Part shown: positions 1 to 13,659 of the stretch, piece by piece
Layout of the letters: every line of letters starts with the position of its first letter
How positions within the stretch are numbered: position 1 is the stretch's first letter
Assembly: GCA_951406725.2 (NCBI GenBank)
Contig: OX597820.1
Span: forward strand, 108,748,001-108,812,000
Reading direction: 5' to 3'
Source of the DNA: Octopus vulgaris
Lineage: Eukaryota
Length of the DNA stretch: 64,000 bases
Notes under the pieces: model-generated
What the model was told of the DNA's origin: nothing
The model's input: the letters and a program-made list of their open reading frames with translations, nothing else
Databases searched by the model: none
Position numbers and translations under genes: made by a program

Positions 1-1150
1 GCATTTCATCATTAATATGGTGAACAGTTTTATTCCTCGGGGCCAGTATAGCCTTTTTGCCAATCCAATCCATATTCTGATAATTAGCTTGTAAATCTGG
101 GAACACTGCATCTCTGAGATCAGAAGGCGTCTTAACAATGGTACAAATGGAATCGATGGCAATATTACCATTTTCATCCCCTGGTATTTTGCCTTCGCCA
201 AGTGCAAGGAGAGTGTGAGGAAATGCTGGTGATGTGATATTACGTCGCATATGAGCACGCATATTGGTGTGAAGTTTGAGAGTTACTTCCGTTTATTTTT
301 AAAAATATGCATTAAAATGGAAAAAAATGATGGTAAATTATTTGTAAAATCATAGACTCATCGTAGACGCGCGCTAATACCCAGAAGGGCTCGATATGAA
401 TCACGACTATAAGATACCCGGTTTTGGTTAAACTGCATCGCAAAATGTGGGAGTAGTTAGGAATCTAAATCGGAGTAGACAGACACACAACCTTTCTTTT
501 ATATATAAATACATACATACACACACACACACACACATACATGCATACATACATATACACATAAACCGAGTAAAAAATTTCAGTTATCTCTCTCTTTCAC
601 ACATTACTCTCTCTGTCTCTTCACACACACTAACAGAAGCACTTCACTTACACAACATACTGTCTGTCTCCCACACTCCATCAAACACACACACACACAC
701 ACATGTACATCAATGAGTCCCATGCACGGTAACTTCAAAGGAACTTCCCTCGTCATACAATCGCTTTCTCTTAGTCTCTTTCGCTCTCATTACTTATGTA
801 AAAAAATAAAAGTTTTTTCTATGTGTGTAAAGAGGAAGTGGGAGGCAGAGTGAAAGAATCACTCACTACAGTAAGTGAATTACTTTCATTTTATTCCTTG
901 CCCACTGTGTGTGTGCGTTTGCATGTGGTGTAAACCAGACTAAGAAAAGCATTTGACACACACACCAGAATGTGAGTTTTCTGTAAATTTTGCTTAATTG
1001 GAGTTTAAATTTTAAAAACTGGACCTGGCATGACGCGATGCATTGTACTCTTAAAACTGCTAGGTAAATTGTAATTGAAGAAATCCTATATTGTAGATTT
1101 GTATAACTCCCAAAGGGAGGCAGATAAAATCTGCCTTTTATAATAAGAGA
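1..1150 (-). mobile_element. Non-autonomous Helitron with Pif1-like helicase fragment (3' end outside window)
   Basis: Near-identical to 50491-51636. On the - strand it begins A|TCTCTTATTATAAAAGG at 1150. Bases 1-260 encode the same helicase fragment as ORF 50257..50751. Confidence 0.85.
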
Positions 1151-2199
1151 TTACTTGACAGCTGTAATTGCTTGGGAGTATAATCAGTACATATTACTCC
1201 CCACTCCACTTCCTTTGCACTAACAGTTAATTCTTCCTCCTATGCAAGTTTCAGTCCCTTACAACCAGAGGTTGCCTGTGGATTATAGAGTGCATTGCAA
1301 ACACGCTAGGTATAACTTTTACAATAAATTGATGAAGCAGCAATGACAACCTACCATCAATAGTGTTGCTTAAAACGAAATCAAATTTCATATTTCTTTT
1401 TCATGTCTTACAAATAACTCTTCAATTTAACATTAATCTTTGACAAAGCAAACATAAACAAGAAACATTCTATTATTGCTTGGCAAAGGAAATTTGTCTA
1501 AACTGTAAGCTAAGGATAGCTATTCTGAAAGTCCAACAAATATGAATTGTCTGTTTTCAAAAAAATTCGTAATGATAGAATTTCTAAAACATAAATTTGA
1601 AAACATATGACAAACACTGAAAAACAAAAAACCAGACTGGTTAAATGGTGAGCTGTAATTAGAACTCCCCTATGATTGTGTGTACTGCCTATGATACTCC
1701 ACCAATTCTAAAAAGAAAGTTATTATAGTAATTTATTTTTATAATAACTTATTTTAATCAGTGTATGAGTTTGTTGGGTCAGGCTCAATATTTAAAACAA
1801 ATGTATGAAGAAAATTCTGAAGTTTGTCTGATACTGAAAATTTACAAAATTTATAAAATTATTCGAAACCAATTTAAGTGGTTATCACTAACACTAATAT
1901 TATGTCCATTAGAAATGTGTTAAAATAATTGTACAGTTCTTCACTTAGAGCAGAAGTCAAAATACTAAATTATGGAAGATATGAAGAATTTCTTATCTTT
2001 CTCTAAAACTACATATTCAAGATAATAGCCATCCAAAATACATTAAAGTCAAAATTGTAGTTGTTAAAAAAGGCTATATTTGTTTTAATAACAGTCAGTT
2101 TTCTGTTAATAACACATATATTGAGTGTAGGCTGACTATGAAGGAGTGATGCTAGAGCTGTGAAATCTTGCACGCATTAATTTCAAATATTCTTCTCAG

Positions 2200-2990
2200 G
2201 TAAACTGACTTCTGACTGCTCAGAGAACACTTCAGTATTAACTAGTAGCAACTTTTTCTTGAAAATAGACAAAATTCAGCACCATGGTCTTATTAAATAT
2301 CTGCAGAAAAAGGGTTTAGACCCCAAGGGCATATGTGCTGACATGGTTGTTACATTAGAGGATGACACTCCAGCTTTATCAAAAGTGCAAAAGTGGGTAG
2401 CTGAATTTAGGAGGTGAAGAGAGAGTCTTGTAGATGACCCAAGTTTTGGATGTCCTGCAACTGCCACCTAAGGAAAACATGGATCGTGTTCACCACATGG
2501 CGATGGATGACAGGCAATTGACTATAAATCAAATAGCCAATGCTATTAGCATATCCTGTGATGGTGTTCAGAATATTCTGCACAACAAACTTGGCATGAC
2601 AAATGCTCTGCTTAATGGTCGCCATGTCTTCTAACTCCTGATCAAATGCACACCAGGCTGATCACATCACAGAAAAATCTGACATTACTTGAGGCAGAAC
2701 CAGCTGGTTTCCTAACCCAGGATTAGTGTTGGCTTCATCCGTTTGAGCCAGAGACAAAGGGACAATCCTCCTCACCTGCTCCACAAAAAGCCAAGATTGT
2801 TTTATCAGCATGAAAGGCAGTGGCCTCAGTGTTTTTTGGGATGCAAAAAGCATTGTGTTTATTGACTATCTTCAGAAGGCCACACCATCAGTGGAGAGTA
2901 CTATCCCAACTTGGTGAAGTAGTTATGAAAGGCTATCAAGACCAAATGTCTAGGAAAACTGACAAAAAGAGTCTTGTTTCAATGAGGTTG
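2200..2990 (+). mobile_element. Decayed mariner transposase remnant
   Basis: Broken reading frames give IKYLQKKGL..KWVAEFRR..SLVDDP.. and DDRQLTINQIANAISIS..VQNILHNKLGM (mariner HTH region), plus MASVFWDAK-like sequence. Many stops and frameshifts. Confidence 0.75.
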
Positions 2991-3489
2991 GTATGTTTTT
3001 AGACAGAATTAAAAAGTTAATGATACATGTGGTAAAACAAAGTTATGTTAAGAAAAGATTAGTTGAATGTTTTAACTTTTCTGTGAGGAGATAGTGAAAT
3101 TTTGAGAAAATATTGAGTGATCTCTAGTTTGCAACTGAGCGAAGATTTACTCATTGATTTGGTTTAAGGTGAAAGTTAAGTCACTGTTTTGTAATAATAA
3201 GCAGGTGCATGCATGTTGGACAAACTATGCTGATGTTTTAACTCCTGCTACTTATTAATTTCCAGCTAGCGTTTATGTTTTTAATGCTGTTGACACAGTC
3301 ACATTGAATGGTACTGCTCATACCATCACTGTTGCCTACCCAAAAAATTCTTTGCTTGTGAGGAATCTTGCTAAGATTCCCTTTCATCTTACTTTTTGCG
3401 TGTGGCACGTGTGTGCTACATATCTCTACTCCAACATTTCAGTAATTTCATCTTTCATTGTGCTAACATTGATTGTAGGAGCCCTAAAG

Positions 3490-4255
3490 TTGAGTACTTT
3501 AAATGAAGAGTAGATACTTTGCTGGATGTGCAATGTCTGCATGTGTGACAGAGTGTAAGCATCTTGAGAGAAAAGTTGGGCATAAGAGGCATCAGATGTA
3601 GTGTGCAAGAGAGACGACTGCACTGCTATGGTCATGTGATGCATATGGATGGGGAAAGGTGTGTATCTCTAACTGTGGAGAGAACCTATGGTAAAGATAG
3701 ACCTAGGAAGACATAGGATGAGGCTGTGAAGCATGATCTTCAAACGTTGGGTCTCACGGACGCAATGACCAGTGACTGAGACCTTTGGCAATATGCTGTG
3801 CTTGAGAAGACCCATCAAGTCAAGTCAAATCGTAGTCATGGCTGATGCTGGTGTCATGCAACTGGCATCTGTGCCAGTGGCACATAAAAAGCACCTTTCA
3901 AGCATTGGGCCTCATGGAGACAATGTGGCTGATGCTAGCAGCATGTAAAAAGCACCCGTTGAGTGTTGAGCCTCACGGAGGCAATGACAAATGACCAGGA
4001 CCTTTGGCATTATGCCATGCTTGAGAAGACAACCCTTCAAGCCAAGTGGAATCATAGTCGTGGTATATACTGGTGTGACGCAACTGTCACACGTACTGGT
4101 GGCACGTAAAAGCACCCATTACATTATCAAAGTGGTTGGCGTTAGGAAGGGCATCTAGCTGTAGAAACCATGGCAAATCAGACTGGAGTCTGGTGTAGCC
4201 CCTCAGCTTGCCAGTCCTGGTCAAACTGTCCAACCCATGCCAACATGGACAGTCT
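3490..4255 (+). mobile_element. RTE-clade LINE, decayed 3' fragment
   Basis: Similar to the 3' ORF end and 3' UTR of the RTE copies at 21.5-22.7 kb and 42.6-43.3 kb (GTGGCAC..AAAAGCACC repeats; GGTTGGCGTTAGGAAGGGCATC). Confidence 0.8.
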
Positions 4256-6194
4256 AAATCAAGTGGTAGTAGAGATTGTAGGGAAGGGAGTAAGGGTTCT
4301 GGCTAACTAGAAGAGAGGGGAGGGTACATAGCAAGGATTAATATCTATAAGTATCTATACATGTGTACTTATATACTACCTGCATATATGTGTATGTATG
4401 TATATATATACAATTTACATACCGATGCATGTATGAATATTGGTGACCAAAGAGAATCCCTAAATATTGTATTTATCCATAAAGAAGTGGTTGGTAATGA
4501 GTTGCAAAGGGAGTGAATTCATATATATTCTGATAAAAAATTGTGATAGTAGGCATGGTAGGGAAAGAGGATTGGAAAGGTATAGGCAGTCATATTGTGA
4601 ACTGCAAGAATCTGCTGAATTAAACTCACTCCTGCTCTGACTTTATAGAGTAATTTCAGTAATGCTCTATTGGGATTTTTAAATGAGAAATTTCATAACA
4701 AATTTAGTGATTACATACGAAAAATGGTCAATGTATGTATTTGTGTGTATGTATAACATTGCATGGAAGTTAAGATAGGCAACAGAATGCATGGCTGCTG
4801 CTATTTCTAAGGGAGGGAGAGAAGAAATTATACAACAATTGGTGGAAGTTACATATTTATGAGAAAAAAGAGATAACTGATTGTAAAATTTCCAAAGCTT
4901 GCTTGCAGAAAAATGAACAGTACTGGGGTAAACCATCATAATATATAGGTGTGGGCAATCATACTCTGAGCTGCAAGAATTTACTGAATTAAGCACATTA
5001 CTACTTGGACTTTATAGAATAATTTCAGTAATGCTCTATTGTGATTTAAGTAATATTAATACTATGAGAAATTCATAACAAATTTGATTGAATTAATCAT
5101 GGTCTGTGAAAAGAAGGAATGCAGAGTTAATTTTGGTGTGATGGTTACTGTTCTTTACATGTCAATAGCAATAAAGTTCTTAGTTTAAAGCACTCACACA
5201 CAGTAATGTTCAGACTTCCAAGCACACTGAAATGTATCTTGTGTTCCAGTGTAAAAACTCAGAAAAAAAAATCCATTATAAAGAAAACAACAATTTTAAA
5301 ACAAACTATAATTTCTAACATTGCCATTAATCCAGTGTTTCTCATGGAGTGAGCAGAATTGAAAAGGTACCACACAGTAGGATTGAACCCAGGATTGAAA
5401 AGGATGTGGGCAAACTGCCATGTTTAATACAATGAAGATGGTTTAAAAGAAACTTATCCAAGAATTATTGAAAACAAACTCCTATTTTGTATTCTCATTA
5501 ATAAAGGGAGATGAACAAAAATTTCCCTAATATTTTGAGAGATGGGAGCTAGATACTTAGAAAACCTACACTGGCCCCCATTTTTTGACAGGGTTCAGTC
5601 AAATTAATGACAACATTCATCTTAAGAAGGATGAAAGATAACATCAAGCTCAGTGAGATTTGAACTTATTTATTTATGCTGTAAGGCATTGAACTTCTTT
5701 TATGGTTTAGGCAGAGGAGTAAAGCAATGCTCCCTTTTTTCAGAGGCTCTGAAATTGGTAGGTAAAAAAGGAGGATACTAAGTGCTTGTAAGAGTGGGGT
5801 TTGCTAAAGGCAAGGGGCAGGAGGCGGTGTTAAACCAAGCAACAAATTAAGTTTACCTGAATTAGCTCTGATCAAGTAGTCCTTTCAGCAAAGGGATTCC
5901 TGCTATGACCATCTTACATTTTTACCATCTAATCATAGCATATTCTTAACGGATAACCAGTTTTTTTCTACAACTTTTTCAAGTTGTAGGATCATCATCA
6001 TTTTAACATCACCATTCCAAGTTTACACAGGTTAGATGAATTTGTTGAAGCAGCTTTTCTACAGTCAGCTGCCTTTGCTGTTGCCAACCCTCACTTGTTT
6101 CCAAGCAAAGTAATATTCCCCTTTGCTGAACATGTTTTTCACACAAGACTGGAAAAGATGAGCATCAGTTGATATCAGGACTAAAGGACGTACA

Positions 6195-6370
6195 TACACA
6201 CACACACACACATATATACACATACATGACAAGTTTCTTCCATTTTCTGTTTACCACATCCCTCACAAGATTTTGGTTGGCCATAGTAAAAGATACTTGC
6301 AAGGTACCATACAGTGGGACTGAATCCAAGGCCATGTGGTTGGAAAGCAAGCTTCTGAACCACACTGCCA
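6195..6370 (-). mobile_element. tRNA-derived SINE, decayed
   Basis: Reverse complement resembles the SINE head at 62011-62424 (GTGTGGTT..AGCTTGCT..CAACCACATGG..TTCAGTCCCACTG). Confidence 0.7.
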
Positions 6371-6562
6371 TGCTGTCATGCAAGGTGAATGTTAAATTAT
6401 GATGGTGGGATGTAATTTGAGGGATTTTTGCTAACCAACCACATAAAAGCTCTCTCATTGATTCACGTGTTTCTTTTATCAGCCATAACAGGATGAAGGT
6501 AAAAATGATAATGATGGCAATTGTTAATATTTAACAATAGGTATTTTATTTATTTATTACAG

Positions 6563-6708
6563 GTAAAAATGTGCAGATTAACGGAGCATATCTATGGGAT
6601 AATATCATTGTTGGTGATAACTGCTCGATCAACAGCTCCATTTTATGTAGCAGTGTTGTTTTACTAAACAATGTCATTGTCAAGGAAGGAAGCATTCTTT
6701 CATGGAAT
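6563..6708 (+). CDS. EIF2B5: eIF2B epsilon exon (left-handed beta-helix region): (G)KNVQINGAYLWDNIIVGDNCSINSSILCSSVVLLNNVIVKEGSILSWN
   Basis: Acceptor ttattacAG at 6561-62, donor GTAAGT at 6709; phase 1 in, phase 0 out. Hexapeptide repeats resemble human eIF2B-epsilon GDNVVLDQTYLWQGVRV..IHQSLLC (recalled, not searched). Confidence 0.9.
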
Positions 6709-6816
6709 GTAAGTAGAAGAATATTTAACAGTCTCTTTTATGTGCGTGTGTAATATTTAGTTAGAAACACATACACTCTTTCACATATGTATATGCATAT
6801 CGTGTGTGTGTATATG

Positions 6817-6852
<36 letters not shown>

Positions 6853-6853
<1 letters not shown>

Positions 6854-8122
6854 CAGGCTTTGCAAAAGTCCTGTTACACTTGGTTTTGATCTTTTCAGAG
6901 GTTAACGTGTGATAGACAAAGTACTGTCAAACATACTTAAAGTTCTACTTTTCCAGCACGTCATTAAAACGTGTTTTCCATTATGTGTGTGCAGGTATAT
7001 CAAGCTGAAAGCAAAAAGAATCAAGATCTCTGCTCTCTTGTGTGCATGCCGCAACAAGTCCAACATTGCCAAGCGGCTCAACGTCAGCCAGATGACTGTC
7101 CACAGAGTCCAATAGAGGTTCAAAAACAAAAATGACCTCAAAGATCGACCTCAATCAGACAGACCTCAAGTTGTCAACCGTTTGGCTGTAAGAAAGGCTT
7201 TTGAAAGTGATCTGAAGCTCAAAAATGACTGTACTCACAGAGAACAACATCTCAGTGGCCATAGTGTCCAGGGCCATCAAGGAGGGGTGTGGCAAGAGCT
7301 TGAAGTGCATGGAAAGGCCTCTGCTCACCAACCATATATGTGAACATCAGGAGTGCTGTCATTACCTTCTCAATGACTTGAAGTGTTGTGGCAATCAAAT
7401 TCTTGTTTTTTTCTGATGGAAAAGCCTTCACAGTCAATCTGGTCATCAAGAAGCAGAATGACCATGTGATCAGCTTCAGCCAGGATGTCTCCAAGGTCCA
7501 CTACATGTCCACAACTAAGTGCCCAGCATCTGTGATGATGCTCAACATCATGGCTTTGAATGACAAGAAGATGCTGCTGGTGTGGTTTACAGCTTGTTAC
7601 ATGAGTTGGACAGTTTGACTGGGTCTGATGTGTCCAAGAACGGCTGACTACAGGGACATTTTGGCCACGAAAGTCCTGCCCTGGTTGAGAAAGATCATGA
7701 AGAAGGCAGACTATGTCTTTTAGCAGGATAGTGCCCAAGGCTGCAGACGAGTGGTTGACGTTGAACATGAACTTCTGGTTGAAGGACTGCAGTTGCCCAA
7801 CTTCAACTCCCTTGAATACAGTATGTGGGTGCATGTCGAGGGCAAGGCCCACCACAGCAACATCGATGAGCTGGACTTCTCCATCAACTACGTGTGGTCC
7901 AGCATGAGAAAGGACTTGGTCTATAACGTGTGCGTGGCCTTCAGGTCTCACCTGGAGCGCATGCTTACTGCCAAGGGTGACCACATAGATTAATATTAAT
8001 ATCTAAACGCATTTTTATTGTTTTAACATATAAAAATGTGTTTAGATATCTAATTGCATCAAAACTATTGTGTCCTTTGTTGAGAGCATTGTAATGAGTA
8101 ACAGGTCTTTTGCAAAGCCCAG
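6853..8122 (+). mobile_element. Tc1/mariner element (maT/DD37D-like), full length but decayed
   Basis: About 25-bp TIRs (CCAGGCTTTGCAAAAGTCCTGTTAC / GTAACAGGTCTTTTGCAAAGCCCAG) with TA at right. Fragments FFSDGKAFTV..KQND, K.PASVMM and PNFNSLEYSMW. Confidence 0.8.
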
Positions 8123-8129
8123 TATATAT

Positions 8130-9030
8130 CACCATCATTTAACATCCATATTCCATGTTGGCATGAGTTGGACAATTTGAGTGGATCTGGTATGTCCAAG
8201 AACTGCCTTATACTCTAATGTTTGCTTTGGTATGGTTTATACAGCTGAATGCCCTTCCCAGTGCCAACCACAACAGCATGAACTGGCTGTTTTTTCTCAT
8301 GTCACCTGCACTATTGAGGTTGCCATGCAGTTCATAGGACTATGAATTCTAGGGGAATTTGGAGAGGTCAGGTTCATACTAGGGGATTAGGAAATGTCTA
8401 TGAAAAGGCACATGGGCAGATCAGGTTCTTTTAGAAGAATTTACATGGTTATCTAATAGAAGATATGGGGGAGAGAGAGGGTAAATGATCAGTATGAGCT
8501 GCAAGAGACAGATAATGATAATGAGGTGCCCAGGCAGCACCACAAGGCGCAAGCAGAGTAGAAGTGGGTGGGTGGTTTGCAAGATTGTATGGAAAGAAGA
8601 ATGAAGGGGTGGGAGGCAGACTACCATTTGGGTAGGGTGGAAGGATGGATGAACGTAGAACCATGAGTTGAGGAAGATAGAGGGATGCGGAAGAGAGAGT
8701 GGGTGGAGGAGCAAGAGGCAGGAATAATAATGATGATGCAGTTGCAGTGGAGGAATGCAAAAGAGATATGACATGGTTGGGTAATCTTCTGAAGCCAGTT
8801 GGGGGGAGAGGAAAGCATAATGCATGAGATGGGTGGAGAACACGAAACATAACAATTCCAAAATTCAGTTTCACTGAAGACAGCAAGTCTTTTCAAGAAT
8901 CTCATATTGCCAGAGATTCTTGTCCTTTGTCATCTCTTCTATCAGGCTCAGAACCCTCTGCCAGCCTTCATCACTTCATCGTATATCTTCCTGGGTTTCT
9001 CTTGTCTGCAAGTTCCAGCTACATTAAGCA
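8130..9030 (-). mobile_element. Decayed RTE LINE 3' end and UTR
   Basis: Reverse complement of the RTE tail (CATCATTTAACATCC..CCATG; TGCCCTTCC..GCCAACCAC) and of the GTC.RGRPRK.W ORF end near 8980-9020. Confidence 0.6.
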
Positions 9031-9097
9031 ATTATTCAAATAAAAATAGGGTGAAATTTTTGAGACTTCTTGGTTAGTGTATATCTTAGTTTTTAAA

Positions 9098-10659
9098 TGA
9101 TCCGGCGTCAGCAAGTAGCAATTCTGACTTCGATAGTTTTACTCTTGATGATGTACAAAATATAAATGAAAACAACAGTGATTTCTCTTTGGACGAACCA
9201 TATTGACATTTGTGAATCTTTGTTAGATGAGGAAGATTTTGGTAATGAAAGTGATAAAAATGAAAGTGATGAAAATGATATTGAAAACACTGTGGCAACA
9301 TGGTTGAAGATTACCACATCAACCACAATTCTAAATTTCACAGAAAAGACTTGTCCACAATACAGTCTACCTCCCAATGCTCAACCATTGGACTATTTAT
9401 TTTTATTTTTACCAAAAAGTTTTTTTTTTTAAACTGTCACAGAGGAAACAAATATGCTCAACGCATAATTTCTATTCATGGAAGACCTGATCCACTGTGG
9501 CAGCCAACTGATACTGCAGAAATGCAAGCAGCTTCCTCAACTGTGGAACTACTGGAATCCTGATATAAGGTATGGTGATCGATGTATCTCCAGCATTATG
9601 TCTAACTATAGTTAATTTATATATTGTTTGTGTAGAAAGCTACAAGGTACCTCTGCCACCAAAGGACTACGACCATTTGAAATTCTGGCTTGACATTGCA
9701 TTTCAATTACATGAGGACTTTTCTTCCAGAAGGCACAGAAATTAACTGAGGTGGATGTCAACAGAGAAAATATTGACTTCCATTAAGTGGAAACAATGTA
9801 TGGAAGGAAAAATGTGTGTAGGCTGTGTTCGCTACAAAAACGAAAATAATCGAAAGGATATCAGTTGAAAACCTCATGCATTCATTTTGCAAAGTGCCCT
9901 TTTTTTTTAAACTGTCACAGAGGAAACAAATATGCTTTAGACAGTTTCACAATAGAAATATGGCATAACTATATTTTGTTGTTTGATAGTAATATTATCA
10001 TATATTCCTTTCATTTTATTAGAAATAATATGTGAAAGTGAAAAATACATATTAATTTTCAGTATGTTACATACCTGTATTCACCTTTACCTCACCTGTT
10101 AAGAGCCTTTTTTGTTAGATACATTGTTATGTAAATGAATTCATTAAATTGTATAAGAGTACATGGCCAATTGTATATTCACTAGTAAAAGAGTTTTGTA
10201 CTTTATTTTCAATGAAAATGTTTGAGTGAAATATAGAGAAAGAATAAAACCTTGTACCGATTATACCTGTATTTTAATTAATTCAAATGAATGTACCTCA
10301 TCTTGAAAAGTGGCAGAATTGTTGGTGGTTGACATCTGGGATAATTTTAGTAATAACTCAAACAGGTAAGATGCATTAAGAATTTCAATTTTAGTATTTA
10401 TCCATAATGTTATTGCTTTTACATCTGTTAATTAAATTTACATACCCATAAAAGTTAAATTTAATCAGCAAGATCAGCTAAAATTACGTAACTATAAACC
10501 AGTGGTATATAAAGCACCCACCAACAAAATTTCAAATCTGTATGTAAAAAATTAACGAAGTTATAATCAAATATTGTGGACACCACTCTTGAACCTGAAT
10601 AATTCAAAATAACATGAACAAAGCATTAAATTTGATAGATTAATCTGAACGCTAAAGGA
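9098..10659 (+). mobile_element. Internally deleted piggyBac copy (same family as 47151-49741)
   Basis: Colinear similarity to 47390-47930 and 48720-49741. Right TIR TGAACGCTAAAGGA followed by TTAA (10660-63). Most of the DDD core and the left end are missing. Confidence 0.88.
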
Positions 10660-11274
10660 TTAATGACTATGTTCCACAGGTTGGATGGCTTCAAGAACTG
10701 CAGTGTGCTCCAGTGTTGGGTTTGGCATGGTTTCTACAGCTGGATACCCTTTTTAACACTAACCACTTTACAGTGTGTACTGCATACTTTTTTCATGTCA
10801 CCAGCATTATTGAGGTCGTTATGCAGCTCTCAAGACTATGATCCCCTAAGGGATGTGGGGCAGCTTTATGCTAGTGGACTAGGGGTTAAGTTATAAGAGA
10901 AATCAGAAGTGGTGTGGGGAGCAGAATAGGTTCTTGTGCAGGAGCTACATGGTTACTCACATTTCAAAGCGAGGGTGAGAATGATCAGTAGGAGCTGCAA
11001 AGAGATAAATTGTGGTGATAAGGTGTCTAGATGCCCCTCAAGGTGCAAGGTGAATAGAAGTGGGTTGGGCAACTAGAGAAACTAGGAGTATGGATGGTAC
11101 ACAGTGAATATACAAAACTATACATTCATTATGCATGTAAAAGCATGAATTCATTAAAATCCTGATAAAAATATAAACATTCCATTTTGGAGACCATGGG
11201 ATTTTTCTGTTTTATTGAAACATAAATTCTTCAAAACAGAAAGACTAGTGGATTAGCAAATATAATTTCAGTCA

Positions 11275-12615
11275 TGTTATAATGTGAGTATATATGTCTG
11301 GTGTAAAATTGTATTACACAAATAAATAATTAAATAATTAAAGTAATGTCACTACCTTATCTAACTGTAAATTTATATTTGTATTATTAATTTTTACATA
11401 CACAAATTTCCTTTGAGTCACGTTTGTATTTCTTGTCACCGATAAACTGTTTACATGATTTTTTCTATTGAACCATTTTCTAGGGTTTTACAGTGTGATT
11501 CTTTATGGCCTATCTTACCACACTTGAAGCATTTTCGATTTTTATAAGGACAGTTGAATCTGTAGTGTAATTCTCTACATCCAAAACATGGGTTAATTTT
11601 TTGCTTTTCATTTCTTACTTTCAGTCGCACTAACTGTATATGAGAGCAGTTTCTCAATTCAGTTTGTTCCGTATAGTGCCTTAGGTTGATTATTCTCTGG
11701 AGTTCCTCAGATATTTCTTGTAGTGCTAACTTCTGATTCTGCTCTAATTTAGTCAGAATTTGGTTATGAATTTCTGCATCTTTCTTTGCATGAAAATTTA
11801 GCACATAAACATGTCTGGTTTTGGTTCATTAATTTTAAATCTCTTGCATTCTCTGTTAATGATTCCAACATATGTAATAAAATCTCCATCTTCTTTTTTA
11901 TAATATTCATGCATTACCATTGCATATTAAATAAAGAGCTTTTTTCAATGACAATCTTTCATAGCATATTCACCATTTCTTCAAAACAGACTTCACCCAG
12001 TTTCTTTGGTAATATGTAATTGCAATATTTGTCATGCTCAAGTTTTTTTCTCATCTTGCCAGTCACAACATTCTTCTAAAAATTTCCTCATACCTTCTAA
12101 AGTAAGCAGAGAAGATAGTACCCTCCTCTGGGTTATATGCGAACTCTTCGATCAGGTTTGCCACAGTGCCAGGGCTAAATGAACCAGAGGTATTTTCCGT
12201 TTTCTTCTGTATCAGTTGTACCAACAGTTACTGTTGCTTCTGAAATTCCAACAACTGTTGTTGTTGCTGCTATTTCTGTAATTCTAACAACTGTTGTTGT
12301 TGCTATAATTGAATTAGCATGTTCAAGCAAAAATTGGTCCAGCATGAGCTTCGAATAATCTCATCACCAAAAATGTTATGACATGAGTATACACATCTGG
12401 TGTAAAATGGTTGTGGTTATCTAAAAATAGCATATTGCAGAAATATATGTTAACACAGAACACTCCGTACTACTTGAATGTAGGTATGATACTCAGTATT
12501 CACAGTCAAACTAACACCATCAACTGTGCTCCTGACAGTTCACTCAGTTATTTATTGTAATCAGTTAGTGCACCTTCAGTCATATATGGGGGATTTTCAG
12601 GATTCTCCCATAACA
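11275..12615 (-). mobile_element. LTR retrotransposon remnant (gypsy-like gag with two CCHC-type knuckles)
   Basis: LTR 12374-12615 has TGTTATG..CATAACA termini, and its first ~36 bp recur at 11275. PBS-like TGGTGATGAG lies next to the LTR on the - strand. Flanks AGTCA/AGTCT form a degenerate 5-bp TSD. ORF 11451..11804 has CFGCRELHYRFNC and CFKCGKIGHKESHC. Confidence 0.8.
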
Positions 12616-12837
12616 AGTCTGTTGGAATGCTTTCAGTTATCGCTCCAGTTGAACATTTCCTATGAAGAATCACTTGACTTGCTACCCTTTCTTAGCTTGT
12701 TTTAATTTTCTAAGTTGTATATATAGAGTAAAGCAAAATATTTTTCTTTATATGGTTGTGGTAAGTTTAAGATTGCTTCCTGGGTAAGTATCCATGTTTT
12801 TTTCTATTTTGACAACTATTGTATCTTTCTTTTTCAG

Positions 12838-12955
12838 GTAAAAGTTGGGGATCTTAAATCTATAATTATTGGACCCAGTATCCGATTGATGTCTCGGCCA
12901 TTATCTTCTGACTTTGCTGATGATGAGGTACAGAATGAAGAAATGCTAAAGAGTG
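12838..12955 (+). CDS. EIF2B5: eIF2B epsilon exon: VKVGDLKSIIIGPSIRLMSRPLSSDFADDEVQNEEMLKS
   Basis: Polypyrimidine tract plus ttttcAG (12836-37), donor GTAAGT at 12956. Phase 0 in, phase 1 out, compatible with both neighbours. Corresponds to human VVVGPNITLPEGSVISL.. followed by an acidic stretch. Confidence 0.85.
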
Positions 12956-13659
12956 GTAAGTATAAACATCACAGGCTAAAATGTTGTGCAATCCACCTAG
13001 CTGTAAATAAGTAATGGAGGGTAGGAGTTAGTTCACTATTTTAAGCTATGGCAGCACTGGGATGCTGGTAAATGGATCATTAGCTTGTAAAGCTGAATTT
13101 GGTTCCTTTTGCAGATATAGTTTAGACATGGATGGTCTCCATGACTCTGTTTTGTCCAAGCTACACAACATTAAATCAAGTCTTTTTTAGTACTCCCTAT
13201 GTCCCAATAGCTCTAGGGACACGCTTCAGTACATAATAATTTCACTGTATTCACATAGGTTCCCAAAGTGGTGTCCCTATAAACTGTAATGGCTTATCTT
13301 TCCACATGATAGCATGATTATTTTCACATATATTTGAAGGGTATAAGGTGATCTGATGGACCAAAGAACTCATTTTACCAAATTGAGTAATGTAGGCTTA
13401 GATACACTATATCTTAAACCAAAGAATACACCTTTGATCATGTGTGCTGGATCAGGGCTAATCAACTGTAAGGTCATTTTAGTCATTATATATTTTACAA
13501 GTGATGGAGATAACTTCATAGAGCTAGAGCCTCAGAATATAACTGTAGATCTGATACAGGGGTTGGACAAAATAATGGAAAAACCTTCAAATTTCAAACA
13601 AATGTATTTTAATATGGGGTAGGACTGCGTTTGGCAGTAATTACAGTTTGAATTCTATG

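Noticed and set aside
4600-5090. Direct repeat of ~110 bp (4600-4710 vs 4970-5085), and similar duplications at 55270-55460 and 38800-39260
   Set aside because: Ordinary diverged local duplications within decayed repeats; no LTR termini, TSD or structure seen.
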